From: an uncultured Candidatus Saccharibacteria bacterium
Lineage (GTDB): Bacteria; Patescibacteriota; Minisyncoccia; UBA6257; 1-14-0-10-44-23
Assembly (NCBI GenBank): GCA_964394435.1
Contig: CAYMXN010000002.1
Span: forward strand, 142,196 to 206,195
DNA: 64,000 bases
Reading direction: 5' to 3'
A program made the translations under genes and the position numbers. Position 1 is the stretch's first letter. Each line of letters opens with the position of its first letter. This document shows, in pieces, positions 8,163-17,588 of the stretch. The notes under the pieces are model-generated. The model was given only the letters and a program-made list of their open reading frames with translations. It did no database searches and was not told the DNA's origin.

Positions 8163-10265
8163 TTATTTTTGTTCGAGGGCTTTGAGGGAGAGACCTATTT
8201 TGCCATTGGCCTCTACCTTCATAATTTTAGCCTTGACGATGTCACCCATTTTGACGACGTCCTCAACTTTTTTTACAAATCCATTTTTAAGTTCGGAGAC
8301 GTGGATCATACCGTCGTGGCCGCTATCGATTTGGACGATTGCGCCGAACTCGAGGATCTTTACTACTGGGCCTTCGATGATTTCACCTACTTCATACTCC
8401 TTAACGAGCGACTTTACCTCATTGTAGGCTGCGGTCGCAGTTGCTTTGTCTTTACCTGAAACAAAGACGAGGCCATCATCATCAATATCAATTGCGAGTG
8501 CGCCCGTGCGCTCGATAATACCGTTGATTGTTTTGCCGCCCGGACCGATGACTAGGCCGATTTTGGCTGGGTTGATACGGATCGAGAGGACGAGTGGAGC
8601 GAGCGGTGAGATTTCTGGGCGTGGGGCTGGGAGCGCCTTGGTGATGACCGAGAGAATCTCGAGGCGAGCCTTTTTCGCTTGAGCGAGCGTTTCGCCGAGG
8701 ATTTTTGGGGTAACGCCAGTAATCTTAACGTCCATCTGAATGGCGGTTACGCCATCGGCAGTTCCGGCAGCTTTAAAGTCCATGTCGCCATAGTGATCTT
8801 CATAGCCCTGGATGTCGGTGAGGACTTTGTACTCCCCTTTGTCATTAGACATAAGACCCATCGCGATACCAGCGGCAGGTTTTTTAATTGGCACACCGGC
8901 ATCCATTAAAGCGAGTGAGCCGGCGCAAACAGTTGCCATCGAGGACGAGCCGTTGGAAGAGAGAATTTCAGAGACGAGACGAATCGTGTATGGGAACGAC
9001 TCCTTTGAAGGAATTAAGTTTCGAAGTGCTTTTTCGGCGAGCGCACCATGGCCGATTTCTCGGCGACCCGGACCGCGGAATGGGCCGGTTTCTCCAACGG
9101 AGTAGGCTGGGAAGTTGTAGTGCAGTAAGAAACGACGCTTACCTGAGAAACTCATGGTTTCGATTAACTGTTCTTGTCCCGGAGGGGCGATAGTCGCTAC
9201 TGAAAGCGATTGCGTGTTGCCGCGAATAAAGAGTGCACTACCGTGTGTGCGTTTGAGTAGTGCGACTTCGGCGTGGAGATCTCGGAGTTCGTCGAGCTTG
9301 CGACCGTCTGGGCGCTTATTGTTTTTGATGATATTTTCGTGGACTATCTCGTCAGTAAGGGATTCGAGCATGTGTGCGGCGGCGGCTTTGCCTGCAGCGT
9401 CAATTTCTTTTTCGGTAAGTACTGTGTCGAGCAGTTCGCTAATTTTAGCGAGCTCTTCGTCGCGCTCCATGCGGGACTTAATATAAATCGCCTCTTCGAG
9501 CTTAGCTTTGACTGTTTTGGTAACTAACTCTTTCAGGCTCTCATCTTCAGAAGCGAGTTTTACCTGTGCTTTTGGCTTACCGATTTCTTTAACAATTTTC
9601 TTTTGGAAGTCGATAAGTTTATTGATTTCTTTTTGGGCGAGTTCAAAGCCAGCGACGACGTTTTGTTCGTCGGCGTCGATTCCTTCAAGCTCTACCATAT
9701 TGATGCGGTCGAGTGTTCCGGCGACAAACGTTTGGTATTCAAAGGTATCACCTACTTGTGAGTTAAGTGGATTGATGAGTACTTGGCCGTCTTTGCGGAC
9801 GATTTTGACACCAGCGACCGGGCCGTTCCATGGCACTTCGGAAATAGCGAGTGCGGTTGAGGCGGTGGTAAGTGCTAAGAAGTCTAAGTCCTCTTCTTCG
9901 TCGAGTGAGAGGATGGTGATAACTACTTGGACGTCACGGCGCATGCGGTGATCAAAGAGTGGGCGGATCGTACGGTCGATAACACGACCAGAGAGCACCG
10001 CTTCTTCGGAAGATTTTCCTTCGCGACGAACAAAGCGACTTCCTAATACTTTTCCAACAGCGTAAAAACGCTCTTCGTAATCAACCGTGAGCGGCAACCA
10101 GCCGATATCTTTATCTTTTTTGCCCAAAACAACTGTGGCTAAGACGGTTGTGTCGCCATATTTTCCAATAACTGAAGCACTCGCTTGTTCAGCGATGCGT
10201 GATACTTCGAGGGTAAGTGGGCGACCGGCGTAGTCGAGTGAAAATTGTTTGCGATTTAGTTCCAT
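8163..10265 (-). CDS. pnp: Polynucleotide phosphorylase (PNPase)
   Basis: 700 aa; two RNase PH-like domains, KH and C-terminal S1 domain (GEIIEGPVVKILEFGAIVQIDSGHDGMIHVSEL); classic rpsO-pnp neighbourhood. Confidence 0.92.
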   Translation of the reverse strand: MELNRKQFSLDYAGRPLTLEVSRIAEQASASVIGKYGDTTVLATVVLGKKDKDIGWLPLTVDYEERFYAVGKVLGSRFVRREGKSSEEAVLSGRVIDRTIRPLFDHRMRRDVQVVITILSLDEEEDLDFLALTTASTALAISEVPWNGPVAGVKIVRKDGQVLINPLNSQVGDTFEYQTFVAGTLDRINMVELEGIDADEQNVVAGFELAQKEINKLIDFQKKIVKEIGKPKAQVKLASEDESLKELVTKTVKAKLEEAIYIKSRMERDEELAKISELLDTVLTEKEIDAAGKAAAAHMLESLTDEIVHENIIKNNKRPDGRKLDELRDLHAEVALLKRTHGSALFIRGNTQSLSVATIAPPGQEQLIETMSFSGKRRFLLHYNFPAYSVGETGPFRGPGRREIGHGALAEKALRNLIPSKESFPYTIRLVSEILSSNGSSSMATVCAGSLALMDAGVPIKKPAAGIAMGLMSNDKGEYKVLTDIQGYEDHYGDMDFKAAGTADGVTAIQMDVKITGVTPKILGETLAQAKKARLEILSVITKALPAPRPEISPLAPLVLSIRINPAKIGLVIGPGGKTINGIIERTGALAIDIDDDGLVFVSGKDKATATAAYNEVKSLVKEYEVGEIIEGPVVKILEFGAIVQIDSGHDGMIHVSELKNGFVKKVEDVVKMGDIVKAKIMKVEANGKIGLSLKALEQK

Positions 10266-10268
10266 AGA

Positions 10269-10859
10269 TTATTCAATAGTTGGTTGTTTTGGTGTTTGCG
10301 ACTGGCGACGAGTGCGGTTGTGGATACGGTTGAGTGCTTTCGGAATATCTTCGAGTGCGGTGAACTCGTCAGCTACTTCACGGAGCTGGGCGTTAGTCGT
10401 GCGGCTAAATGCGACAACCTCCACCATTCTCCCCTTGCCCCACTTGAGGTATTCGACGAGCGGGACAAAGTCTCCATCGCCGGTAAGCAGTACGATAACG
10501 TCTAAGAAGTCAGCCATACGTACCGCGTCTACCGCCATACCTACATCCCAGTCGGCCTTCTTGCTTCCACCTGGAAAGACCTGAATATCTTTCATGCGCA
10601 ACTCGATGCCGGATTGCTTTAGGGCGTCGAAGAAGCTGCTTTCGGTTTTGCCAGTAGTTTGCGAGATGCCCGAGCCTTCAAGTACTGCTTCAGTTTTAAC
10701 TACATACGCCATCGCTCGAATTAACTTACGGTCTCCCACGATATGGTTAATCAGCTCTTTGTAGTTTACGCGAGCGTTATAGAGATTTTTGGATGAGTGG
10801 TACAAGTTTTGGATATCAATGAAGATACCAATACGTTGATCATTATGTTTGTTGAGCAT
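10269..10859 (-). CDS. NYN/LabA-like (PIN-fold) domain protein, putative RNase, co-transcribed with pnp
   Basis: GIFIDIQNLY...VVLLTGDGDFVPLVEYL signature of NYN/LabA domains; stop abuts pnp start (3-nt gap). Confidence 0.7.
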   Translation of the reverse strand: MLNKHNDQRIGIFIDIQNLYHSSKNLYNARVNYKELINHIVGDRKLIRAMAYVVKTEAVLEGSGISQTTGKTESSFFDALKQSGIELRMKDIQVFPGGSKKADWDVGMAVDAVRMADFLDVIVLLTGDGDFVPLVEYLKWGKGRMVEVVAFSRTTNAQLREVADEFTALEDIPKALNRIHNRTRRQSQTPKQPTIE

Positions 10860-10874
10860 GGTCCTAGGTAGTTT

Positions 10875-10904
10875 GAAAGCTCGGTCAGTTAAGCCCGAGC
10901 TTTC
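10875..10904 (-). promoter_or_regulatory. Stable hairpin between rpsO and NYN/pnp (rpsO terminator / pnp leader processing hairpin candidate)
   Basis: GAAAGCTCGG-N10-CCGAGCTTTC perfect 10-bp stem in the rpsO-pnp intergenic region, the classic site of the RNase III-processed pnp leader. Confidence 0.5.
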
Positions 10905-10918
10905 AAGATACTGCTATT

Positions 10919-11182
10919 TTATTTGAGTTCGAGTTTTTTGGTAATAGCCTTGTGAGCCTTCGGGTCTTTCTTGGCGAGATAGGCGAGCAATCGGCGACGC
11001 TTTCCTACCATCATAAGCAGTCCGCGGCGTGAGTGATTGTCCTTTGGGTGCTTCTTAAGGTGGCTGGTAAGCTCCTCGATTTGGGCGGTTACCAATGAGA
11101 CTTGGACTGGAACTGATCCGGTGTCCTTATCATTTGTTTGGTGCTCTTTGACGAGCCGTTTCTTTTTAGTAGTCGATAACAT
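10919..11182 (-). CDS. rpsO: 30S ribosomal protein S15
   Basis: 87 aa, strong match to S15 (GSVPVQVSLVTAQIEELTSHLKKHPKDNHSRRGLLMMVGKRRRLLAYL). Confidence 0.92.
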   Translation of the reverse strand: MLSTTKKKRLVKEHQTNDKDTGSVPVQVSLVTAQIEELTSHLKKHPKDNHSRRGLLMMVGKRRRLLAYLAKKDPKAHKAITKKLELK

Positions 11183-11221
11183 ATGTATTAATATAGCACA
11201 ATTTTTTTATTCTGTCTAGAG

Positions 11222-12307
11222 CTACTTCATTAACTTAAGAATGACGCGCTTTTCCGCTGGTTTGATGCTGTCAATCTTAAATTTGTACGACTTGCCTATT
11301 TCGAGCTGTTTCTTCATCTCGTCTACGCCGCCGAACTCGGAGACGTGGATCAAACCCTGGATGTCTGACGTAAGACCAATGAACGCACCAAATGGGTTGA
11401 AGCGGTTAACCGTACCGGTGACTTCTTGCCCCTCTTTGAACTTTTCCAAGATGGTGTCCCATGGGTTTGGCTTAAGTGCTTTAAGGGAGAGACTGACGCG
11501 GCCTTCTTTGATTTCAACGATTTGGGCTTTGACGACATCGTTTACTTTAACTACCTCCTTAGGATTCTCGATTAAGCGGTGGTCGAGCTCGGAGATGTGA
11601 ATGAGACCCTCGACTGCTGGCTGGTCAACAAATTTCACAAACGCACCAAAGTCGGCGACGCCCGAGATAAGACCGTCGATGATGTCCCCTACTTTGTATT
11701 TACCGAGGAGTTCTTTAACGCCCTGATCGGCAACCTCACGCTCGGAAACAATAAGTTTGTTGAGGTTTTGGTTGTTGTTGATGATTTTGACTTTAAGTTC
11801 CTGGCCGACGAGTTTGCGGAGCTCTTCGAGAATTTTCTCTTTGTTGCCGTCAGTGACGCGTGGATAGTGGTCGTTGCTAAGCTGGCTGACTGGCAAGAAC
11901 GCCTTGATGCCGGCGACTTCGGTCATAAGACCACCAGAGTTGGCGGCGCTGATCTTGACCATAATCGGCTCATTTTTATCCTTAATGTCTTTGATCTCCT
12001 GCCAGAACTTTTGCTTGCTCGCCTCGGTAAGGGAGAGTTCGACATAGCCCTCTTCATTTTCGAGCTCGACAACTTTGGCAGAGATTTTGTCGCCAATGTT
12101 TAAGCCTTTGATGATGTCTGAACCGTTAATAAATTCGATGCCAAAAACGATACCGGTACCAAATTGACCTAAGTCAAAATAGGCCTGCTTTTGGGCTTTT
12201 TTGATAAGCGTTCCTTCGACGAAGTCATTAAGTTTAATGGCTTTAATGATGCCAGACTCGTTTTTTAAGAGTTGGCTCAACGTTGAGTTTGATTTCTTTT
12301 CGGACAT
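11222..12307 (-). CDS. rpsA: 30S ribosomal protein S1 (short, four S1 domains)
   Basis: Four repeated S1 OB-fold domains (…G.V..I...GAFV.L..GLIHISE…); 361 aa short form seen in small-genome bacteria. Confidence 0.85.
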   Translation of the reverse strand: MSEKKSNSTLSQLLKNESGIIKAIKLNDFVEGTLIKKAQKQAYFDLGQFGTGIVFGIEFINGSDIIKGLNIGDKISAKVVELENEEGYVELSLTEASKQKFWQEIKDIKDKNEPIMVKISAANSGGLMTEVAGIKAFLPVSQLSNDHYPRVTDGNKEKILEELRKLVGQELKVKIINNNQNLNKLIVSEREVADQGVKELLGKYKVGDIIDGLISGVADFGAFVKFVDQPAVEGLIHISELDHRLIENPKEVVKVNDVVKAQIVEIKEGRVSLSLKALKPNPWDTILEKFKEGQEVTGTVNRFNPFGAFIGLTSDIQGLIHVSEFGGVDEMKKQLEIGKSYKFKIDSIKPAEKRVILKLMK

Positions 12308-12507
12308 ATATATTACGGAGAATCTAATTAATAATAATGAGTTATGGGCTGGATTCTCGCGCTTTTCTAGGGTTTTATCCCGGAGCGTCTCGTGGAGACA
12401 CGCGCATCAGCCCTAACTTATTGGTTCGCTTAGGATATCAGGAATCGGCCGAAAGGTCAATTTATCTCAACGTTTTGCGGTTTATGCAGTATAATAGAGG
12501 CAATCAT

Positions 12508-13395
12508 ATGGTTTCACTTAAAAAGGCGTTAGCGCAGGCGAAAAAAGATAAGGTAGCGATTGGGCATTTTAATATCTCTGATTTGGCGGCGCTCAAGGCG
12601 ATTTTTGAGGGTGCGCGCGAGCTTTCGGCGCAAGTTGGTAAGCAGCTTCCCATAATTATCGGACTTTCCGAAGGAGAGCGTGGATTTGTTGGTGCGGTCG
12701 AGGCGGCGGGGTTTGTGCAGTTTTTACGTAAAACGTATAACTACCCTATTTTTATCAACGCTGACCACACCCACTCGCTAGAAAAGTGTGTTGAGGCGGC
12801 TAGGGCTGGGTTTGATGAGATAATTTTTGACGGGAGTAAGTTGTCGATGGAGGAGAACATCGCTAAGACCAAAGAAGTGATTGCGGCGGTTAAGGCGATT
12901 AACAAAAAGATTTTAATCGAGGGAGAGATTGGGTACATCGGTTCGGGCTCGGAGATTTTAAAAGAGATTCCGGCTGGTGCGGCTATTAAAGAAGAAGATA
13001 TTACTAAACCAGAAGAGGCGGAGCGATTTGTGGCAGAAACGGGTGTAGATTTACTCGCTCCAGCGGTTGGTAATATCCACGGGATGTTTGCAGGAGCTCC
13101 CAACCCTCACCTATTTATTAAGGCGATCAAAAAAATTAAGCGAGCGGCGAAGCGACCGATTGTGCTGCATGGTGGCAGTGGTACGCCGGATGAGGACTTT
13201 ATTCAAGCGATCGAGGCGGGGGTGAGCGTGATTCATATTAATACTGAACTACGTCGGGCGTGGAGAGTTGGTGTTGAGTCGGCGCTTAAGGATCAACCAG
13301 ATGAGGTGGCGCCAGCGAAATTACTCGTTCCAGCCTATGAGGGCATGAAGCAATTGGTCATCGCCCGACTGAAATTATTCAATCGGATATCTTAA
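12508..13395 (+). CDS. fba: Class II fructose-bisphosphate aldolase (FbaA/tagatose-bisphosphate aldolase family); start moved to ATG 12508 (MVSLKKALAQAKKDKVAIGHFNISDL)
   Basis: Canonical class II aldolase N-terminus and metal-binding His motifs (NADHTHS, HGGSG); GTATAAT -10 at 12489-12495 only 12 nt upstream of ATG; track ORF start 12337 lies upstream of promoter. Confidence 0.8.
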   Translation: MVSLKKALAQAKKDKVAIGHFNISDLAALKAIFEGARELSAQVGKQLPIIIGLSEGERGFVGAVEAAGFVQFLRKTYNYPIFINADHTHSLEKCVEAARAGFDEIIFDGSKLSMEENIAKTKEVIAAVKAINKKILIEGEIGYIGSGSEILKEIPAGAAIKEEDITKPEEAERFVAETGVDLLAPAVGNIHGMFAGAPNPHLFIKAIKKIKRAAKRPIVLHGGSGTPDEDFIQAIEAGVSVIHINTELRRAWRVGVESALKDQPDEVAPAKLLVPAYEGMKQLVIARLKLFNRIS

Positions 13396-13479
13396 AATGA
13401 TTTTTCAAAAAATGCCTCTGTGGGGGCATTTTTTGATTAGTTGGTCAACTATTATTTTTTTAGGAGCTTGATATAGTTT

Positions 13480-14424
13480 ATGCATATGGAAGATCTTAAA
13501 GAAGATTTGAGTGGTGCGGGTAAGGGTGAGATTCAATCTGAACTCACTCCAACTAAACGCCCTATTGCTGCGGGCGCGGAGCAGTGGCTGGGAAAACCAA
13601 TCCAGTGTTTAGACAAAGGGTTTGTGTATTTGGTTGATTATATGGGAGATGATAGTGCTATTGTGCAGTCGGCTCGTGTGAGTTATGGCAAGGGAACAAA
13701 AAAGGTCTCTGAAGATCGCGGATTGATTCGTTATCTGATGCGTCATAGTCATACTACTCCGTTTGAGATGGTGGAGCTCAAGTTCCATGCGAAGATGCCA
13801 ATTTTTGTGGCAAGACAGTGGGTGCGTCATCGCACGGCAAATATCAACGAGTACAGCGGAAGATACTCGGTGATGCTCGATGAGTTTTATGTCCCAGATG
13901 TCGCGCAGCTTAAGAAACAATCAGCGACAAACCGTCAGGGGCGCAGCGATGATAACCTAACTATGGAGCAGCAGGCACGAGTTCTCGACCTGCTCAAAAA
14001 AGGATACGAGAGTCAGTATAAGGGGTATCAGGAGATGATGGATATGGAGCTGACTCGTGAGCTCGCGCGTATCGGACTTTCGGTCGCGAACTATACGCAG
14101 TGGTACTGGAAGATTGATTTACATAATTTGTTTCATTTCTTGCGACTACGAAAAGATGCGCATGCGCAGTACGAGGTTCGGGTATATGCGGACGCGATGG
14201 CTAAGATTGTGGCCGACGCCTTCCCTCTTGCCTACGAGGCGTTTACTGATTATCAGCTTGAGAGCACACGTTGGTCGGGACTTGAGCGCAAGGTTTTTTC
14301 CAAGTTACTTAATAAGATTGACGTAGTGCAGGCGGAGAAGTTGATGGATGAGGCGAAGATGGATAACAAGCGTGAACGTACGGAGTTTTTAGAAAAGTTA
14401 AAGTCGTTAGGATTACTACCATAA
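13480..14424 (+). CDS. thyX: FAD-dependent thymidylate synthase ThyX
   Basis: ThyX motif RHRTANINEYSGRY and HSHTTPFEMVELKFH. Confidence 0.85.
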   Translation: MHMEDLKEDLSGAGKGEIQSELTPTKRPIAAGAEQWLGKPIQCLDKGFVYLVDYMGDDSAIVQSARVSYGKGTKKVSEDRGLIRYLMRHSHTTPFEMVELKFHAKMPIFVARQWVRHRTANINEYSGRYSVMLDEFYVPDVAQLKKQSATNRQGRSDDNLTMEQQARVLDLLKKGYESQYKGYQEMMDMELTRELARIGLSVANYTQWYWKIDLHNLFHFLRLRKDAHAQYEVRVYADAMAKIVADAFPLAYEAFTDYQLESTRWSGLERKVFSKLLNKIDVVQAEKLMDEAKMDNKRERTEFLEKLKSLGLLP

Positions 14425-14437
14425 TTAATTTAGTACT

Positions 14438-15133
14438 ATGTTACTTTCGCGACCTGATATTGTGCGGCATATGAAGAAAGGAACGATTGTTATCGATCCT
14501 TTTGAAGAGAAGAACTTAAAAACGGTGAGCTACGACGTGACGCTTGGTGAGTATTTTTGGCGGGAGACGCATCCAGCCGGAGGGGCGACTGTGCACAATA
14601 TGTTTGACGAGCAGTCGACTAACTTTATTTGGAACGGTCCGCATAAGGCGGAGTCGGCTAAAGAAGTAAAAAAGCGCATCAATCTGGCCGAGCTGAATAA
14701 TATCCCGGATGACGCGCAGGTTATTTTGCTTGGTCCGGGAGAGACCATCTTGGGACATACGCAAGAGTTTATTGGTGGTCGTGAGGTGTGCGTGGCTAAA
14801 ATGTATGCGCGTAGTTCGATGGGGCGAAACTTTATTGAGGTGTGTAAGGATGCTGGCTGGGGTGATATCGGATACATCAATCGTTGGACGATGGAGATTA
14901 CCAACAACAGTCAATTTTTCACGATTCCCCTCGTTGTTGGTCGGCGTGTTGCGCAGATGGTTTTTTATGAAGTAAAGGGAGAGTCGGGAGATTATGCGGT
15001 TGAGGCGGGTAAGTATCAGACCTCTTCTGATCTCAAGACACTGAAAAAGGAGTGGAATCCATATAGCATGTTGCCGCGTATGCATATGGATTGGGAGATT
15101 GGTGGAAAGACGAAGAAAACAATCAAAAAGTAG
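14438..15133 (+). CDS. dcd: dCTP deaminase family protein (Dcd, possibly bifunctional dCTP deaminase/dUTPase)
   Basis: N-terminal SRPDI..G.I.IDPF....SYDVTLG motif of Dcd/dUTPase fold; adjacent to thyX. Confidence 0.7.
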   Translation: MLLSRPDIVRHMKKGTIVIDPFEEKNLKTVSYDVTLGEYFWRETHPAGGATVHNMFDEQSTNFIWNGPHKAESAKEVKKRINLAELNNIPDDAQVILLGPGETILGHTQEFIGGREVCVAKMYARSSMGRNFIEVCKDAGWGDIGYINRWTMEITNNSQFFTIPLVVGRRVAQMVFYEVKGESGDYAVEAGKYQTSSDLKTLKKEWNPYSMLPRMHMDWEIGGKTKKTIKK

Positions 15134-15140
15134 GATTTGA

Positions 15141-15175
15141 GCCCTCGGTCGCCCGAGGGCTTGAACTTTTTATTC
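15141..15175 (+). terminator. Rho-independent terminator after dcd
   Basis: GCCCTCGG-TCGC-CCGAGGGC perfect 8-bp stem followed by TTGAACTTTTTATT. Confidence 0.75.
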
Positions 15176-15199
15176 AAATCCTCTACTATATATGTCCAT

Positions 15200-15880
15200 A
15201 TGGAGCTAACTGCAGTAAAACGAGACCAATTTGGTCGCGCCGCGCGCTTAGTGCGGGAAAAAGGATTGATTCCGGCAGAGTTGTACGGAAACGGTATTAA
15301 AAACGAACACGTCGCTGTTGCTATTAAAGATTTTCGTCGCGTGCTTAAACAAGCTGGAGAAACGACGCTTATTACACTCGTAATTGATGGTAAGAAGCAC
15401 CCAGTGTTTATTCACGAAGTTACTACGCACCCAGTATCTGATGCGATTATGAGTATCGACTTCTATCAGGTTCGCATGGATGAGAAGTTGACGATGAAAG
15501 TTCCTCTTTTGTTTATTGGTGAGGCTTCGGCTGTTAAAGAGAAAGGTGGTGTGCTCGTTAAGGCTATGTCTGAACTCAAGGTTGAGGGTCTTCCAGCTGA
15601 TATTCCGCAGAACATCGAGATCTCTCTCGCCCCACTTTCTGACATTGGTTCGAGTATCCACGTTTCAGATCTTTCAATTGCAAAGAATTTGAAAATTGTT
15701 GATGACGGTCGTGCGGTAGTGGCGACGGTTATTGCTAAGATGACTGAAGAGCAAGAGGCTAAGTTAGCTGCGGCGACCGATGTTTCGACGATTAAGTCAG
15801 AAACTGAAGAGAAGGTTGCTGAACGTGCCGCTGCTAAGGAGGCTGGCGCTGCTTCTGCCGAGGCCGCTCCTGCGAAATAG
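15200..15880 (+). CDS. rplY: 50S ribosomal protein L25 / general stress protein Ctc
   Basis: MELTAVKRDQFGRAARLVREKGLIPAELYGNG matches L25 N-terminus; Ala/Glu-rich C-terminal tail; start moved from 15137 to ATG 15200. Confidence 0.8.
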   Translation: MELTAVKRDQFGRAARLVREKGLIPAELYGNGIKNEHVAVAIKDFRRVLKQAGETTLITLVIDGKKHPVFIHEVTTHPVSDAIMSIDFYQVRMDEKLTMKVPLLFIGEASAVKEKGGVLVKAMSELKVEGLPADIPQNIEISLAPLSDIGSSIHVSDLSIAKNLKIVDDGRAVVATVIAKMTEEQEAKLAAATDVSTIKSETEEKVAERAAAKEAGAASAEAAPAK

Positions 15881-15968
15881 AATATAGAAAAACCGCCAGT
15901 GCAAAACTGGCGGTTTTTTGTTGTCATGAAAGACGGTTGTCATACGATGCTATATAATGAGAACATCG

Positions 15969-17420
15969 ATGCGTATTATTCGTCCTCATACCATAGTTGA
16001 TATTAAGACTGCTCGCGTTACCAGTTTTACGCGTCTTTCGCGTAGAGTTTCGCTGTATCGAGCGCCTAAGCGATTTGTGGTTCGTCCTTTTTTTACTGGG
16101 TTGATTGTGAGCTTGCTTACCGCCTCACTTTTTTTGAGTGGATTTGTGAGCGCCCCTACTCATACCTCTCTCTCCTTAGCAGCGACTGACAGTAATGCCG
16201 AGCGCGCCCAGCTTGAGGCGCAGCTTGCGCAGCTCGAGGGTCAGATTTCACAGTATGAGGATACGATTTCTTCGTACAAGAAACAGGGTACGAGTTTAAA
16301 GTCGGAAATTGATCGACTTAATGCACAAGTAAACAAAATTAATTTACAAATTAAGGCCACTACCCTTTCGCTACAAAAACTTACTGACGAGATTACTACA
16401 AACCAGAAACAGATTGATATAACACAGCAGAAGATTGATTTACATAGAGATGCGATCGCTCGATCACTTCAGAGTGTCTATGAGAATGAGCGCGTAACAC
16501 TGGTTGCTGTTCTTTTGCAGCATCCAAATTTAACCGACTTTTTTGGTGACATTAACAATATGCTTGATGTACAGAGCGACCTTACGGTTTCCGTACAGGA
16601 GATTGATCAGCTTAAAGATGAGCTGCTTGATCAGAAAGATGAGCTTGCGGCCAAAAAGAGTGATGCGGAGGCGTTTAAAGCGTATCAAGATGCGCAGCGC
16701 AAGGCCGCACTTACTACTAAGCAGACCAAGGATCAGCTTCTTTCAGTCACAAAAGGACAAGAGTCGAAGTATCAGGATTTATTGCTTAAGACTCGGCAAA
16801 CAGCAGCGCAGATTCGGAGCCGTATCTTCGAGACGCTTGGTGGTGGTGAGATGACCTTTGAAGATGCGTATAAGTTTGCGCAATATGCGCAGCAGGCTAC
16901 GGGTGTTCGCGCTGCACTTATCCTTGCGGTACTTGATCATGAGTCGGCCTTGGGGCAAAACGTGGGAAGATGTAATTATAAGGGAGCGATGGCGCCGGGA
17001 GCGCCCAAGAGTAAGCGCGATGACGTAACTCCATTTTTGGCGATTACTGCTGAGCTAGGCATTAATCCGGATACGATTATGGTTTCGTGTGCAAACAGGG
17101 ATGGTGCGTATGGAGGTGCGATGGGTCCGGCACAGTTTATCCCAACTACATGGATGCTCTATAAGAACAGAATCGCTTCGCTTACAGGCAATAACCCCCC
17201 TTCTCCATGGCGTAATGGAGATGCGTTTGTTGCAACTGCTTTGTATTTTCAAGATGCGTTACGCGCGTGCTCGGCGTATACGGGTACTGCGCAAGAGCGG
17301 TGTGCTGCAGCCCGGTATTATGCGGGTGGGAGTTGGCGTAGCTTCTTGTATACCTATGGGGATCGCGTAGTAGTTAAGGCGCGTCAGTTTGAGCAGGATA
17401 TTCAAGTCCTAAGCTCATAG
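15969..17420 (+). CDS. Membrane-anchored coiled-coil protein with C-terminal lytic transglycosylase-like domain (peptidoglycan remodelling)
   Basis: N-terminal TM, long coiled coil (ERAQLEAQLAQLEGQISQYED...), C-terminal GAMGPAQFIPTTW motif typical of MltB/SLT family 3 lytic transglycosylases; extended -10 TGCTATATAAT at 15948-15958. Confidence 0.6.
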   Translation: MRIIRPHTIVDIKTARVTSFTRLSRRVSLYRAPKRFVVRPFFTGLIVSLLTASLFLSGFVSAPTHTSLSLAATDSNAERAQLEAQLAQLEGQISQYEDTISSYKKQGTSLKSEIDRLNAQVNKINLQIKATTLSLQKLTDEITTNQKQIDITQQKIDLHRDAIARSLQSVYENERVTLVAVLLQHPNLTDFFGDINNMLDVQSDLTVSVQEIDQLKDELLDQKDELAAKKSDAEAFKAYQDAQRKAALTTKQTKDQLLSVTKGQESKYQDLLLKTRQTAAQIRSRIFETLGGGEMTFEDAYKFAQYAQQATGVRAALILAVLDHESALGQNVGRCNYKGAMAPGAPKSKRDDVTPFLAITAELGINPDTIMVSCANRDGAYGGAMGPAQFIPTTWMLYKNRIASLTGNNPPSPWRNGDAFVATALYFQDALRACSAYTGTAQERCAAARYYAGGSWRSFLYTYGDRVVVKARQFEQDIQVLSS

Positions 17421-17588
17421 CGGCTTGTTGTGTAGAAATATCTTTCGGAGACGCTTCTGATGATGTAGTACTACCCTTTGAGCGCTTCAGGATGATGCGA
17501 GTAGTTAGAGTGTATCCTTCGGGGCACCTCAGGATGATGCGAGTACGCATCAGTTGTCAGGCTGGTCGGGAGTTGCTAGGATACCGGT

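Noticed and set aside
12337-12507. Upstream extension of the aldolase ORF (MSYGLDSRAFLGFYPGAS...)
   Set aside because: The canonical class II aldolase N-terminus begins at ATG 12508, directly after a GTATAAT -10. The extension covers the rpsA/fba divergent promoter and leader region.
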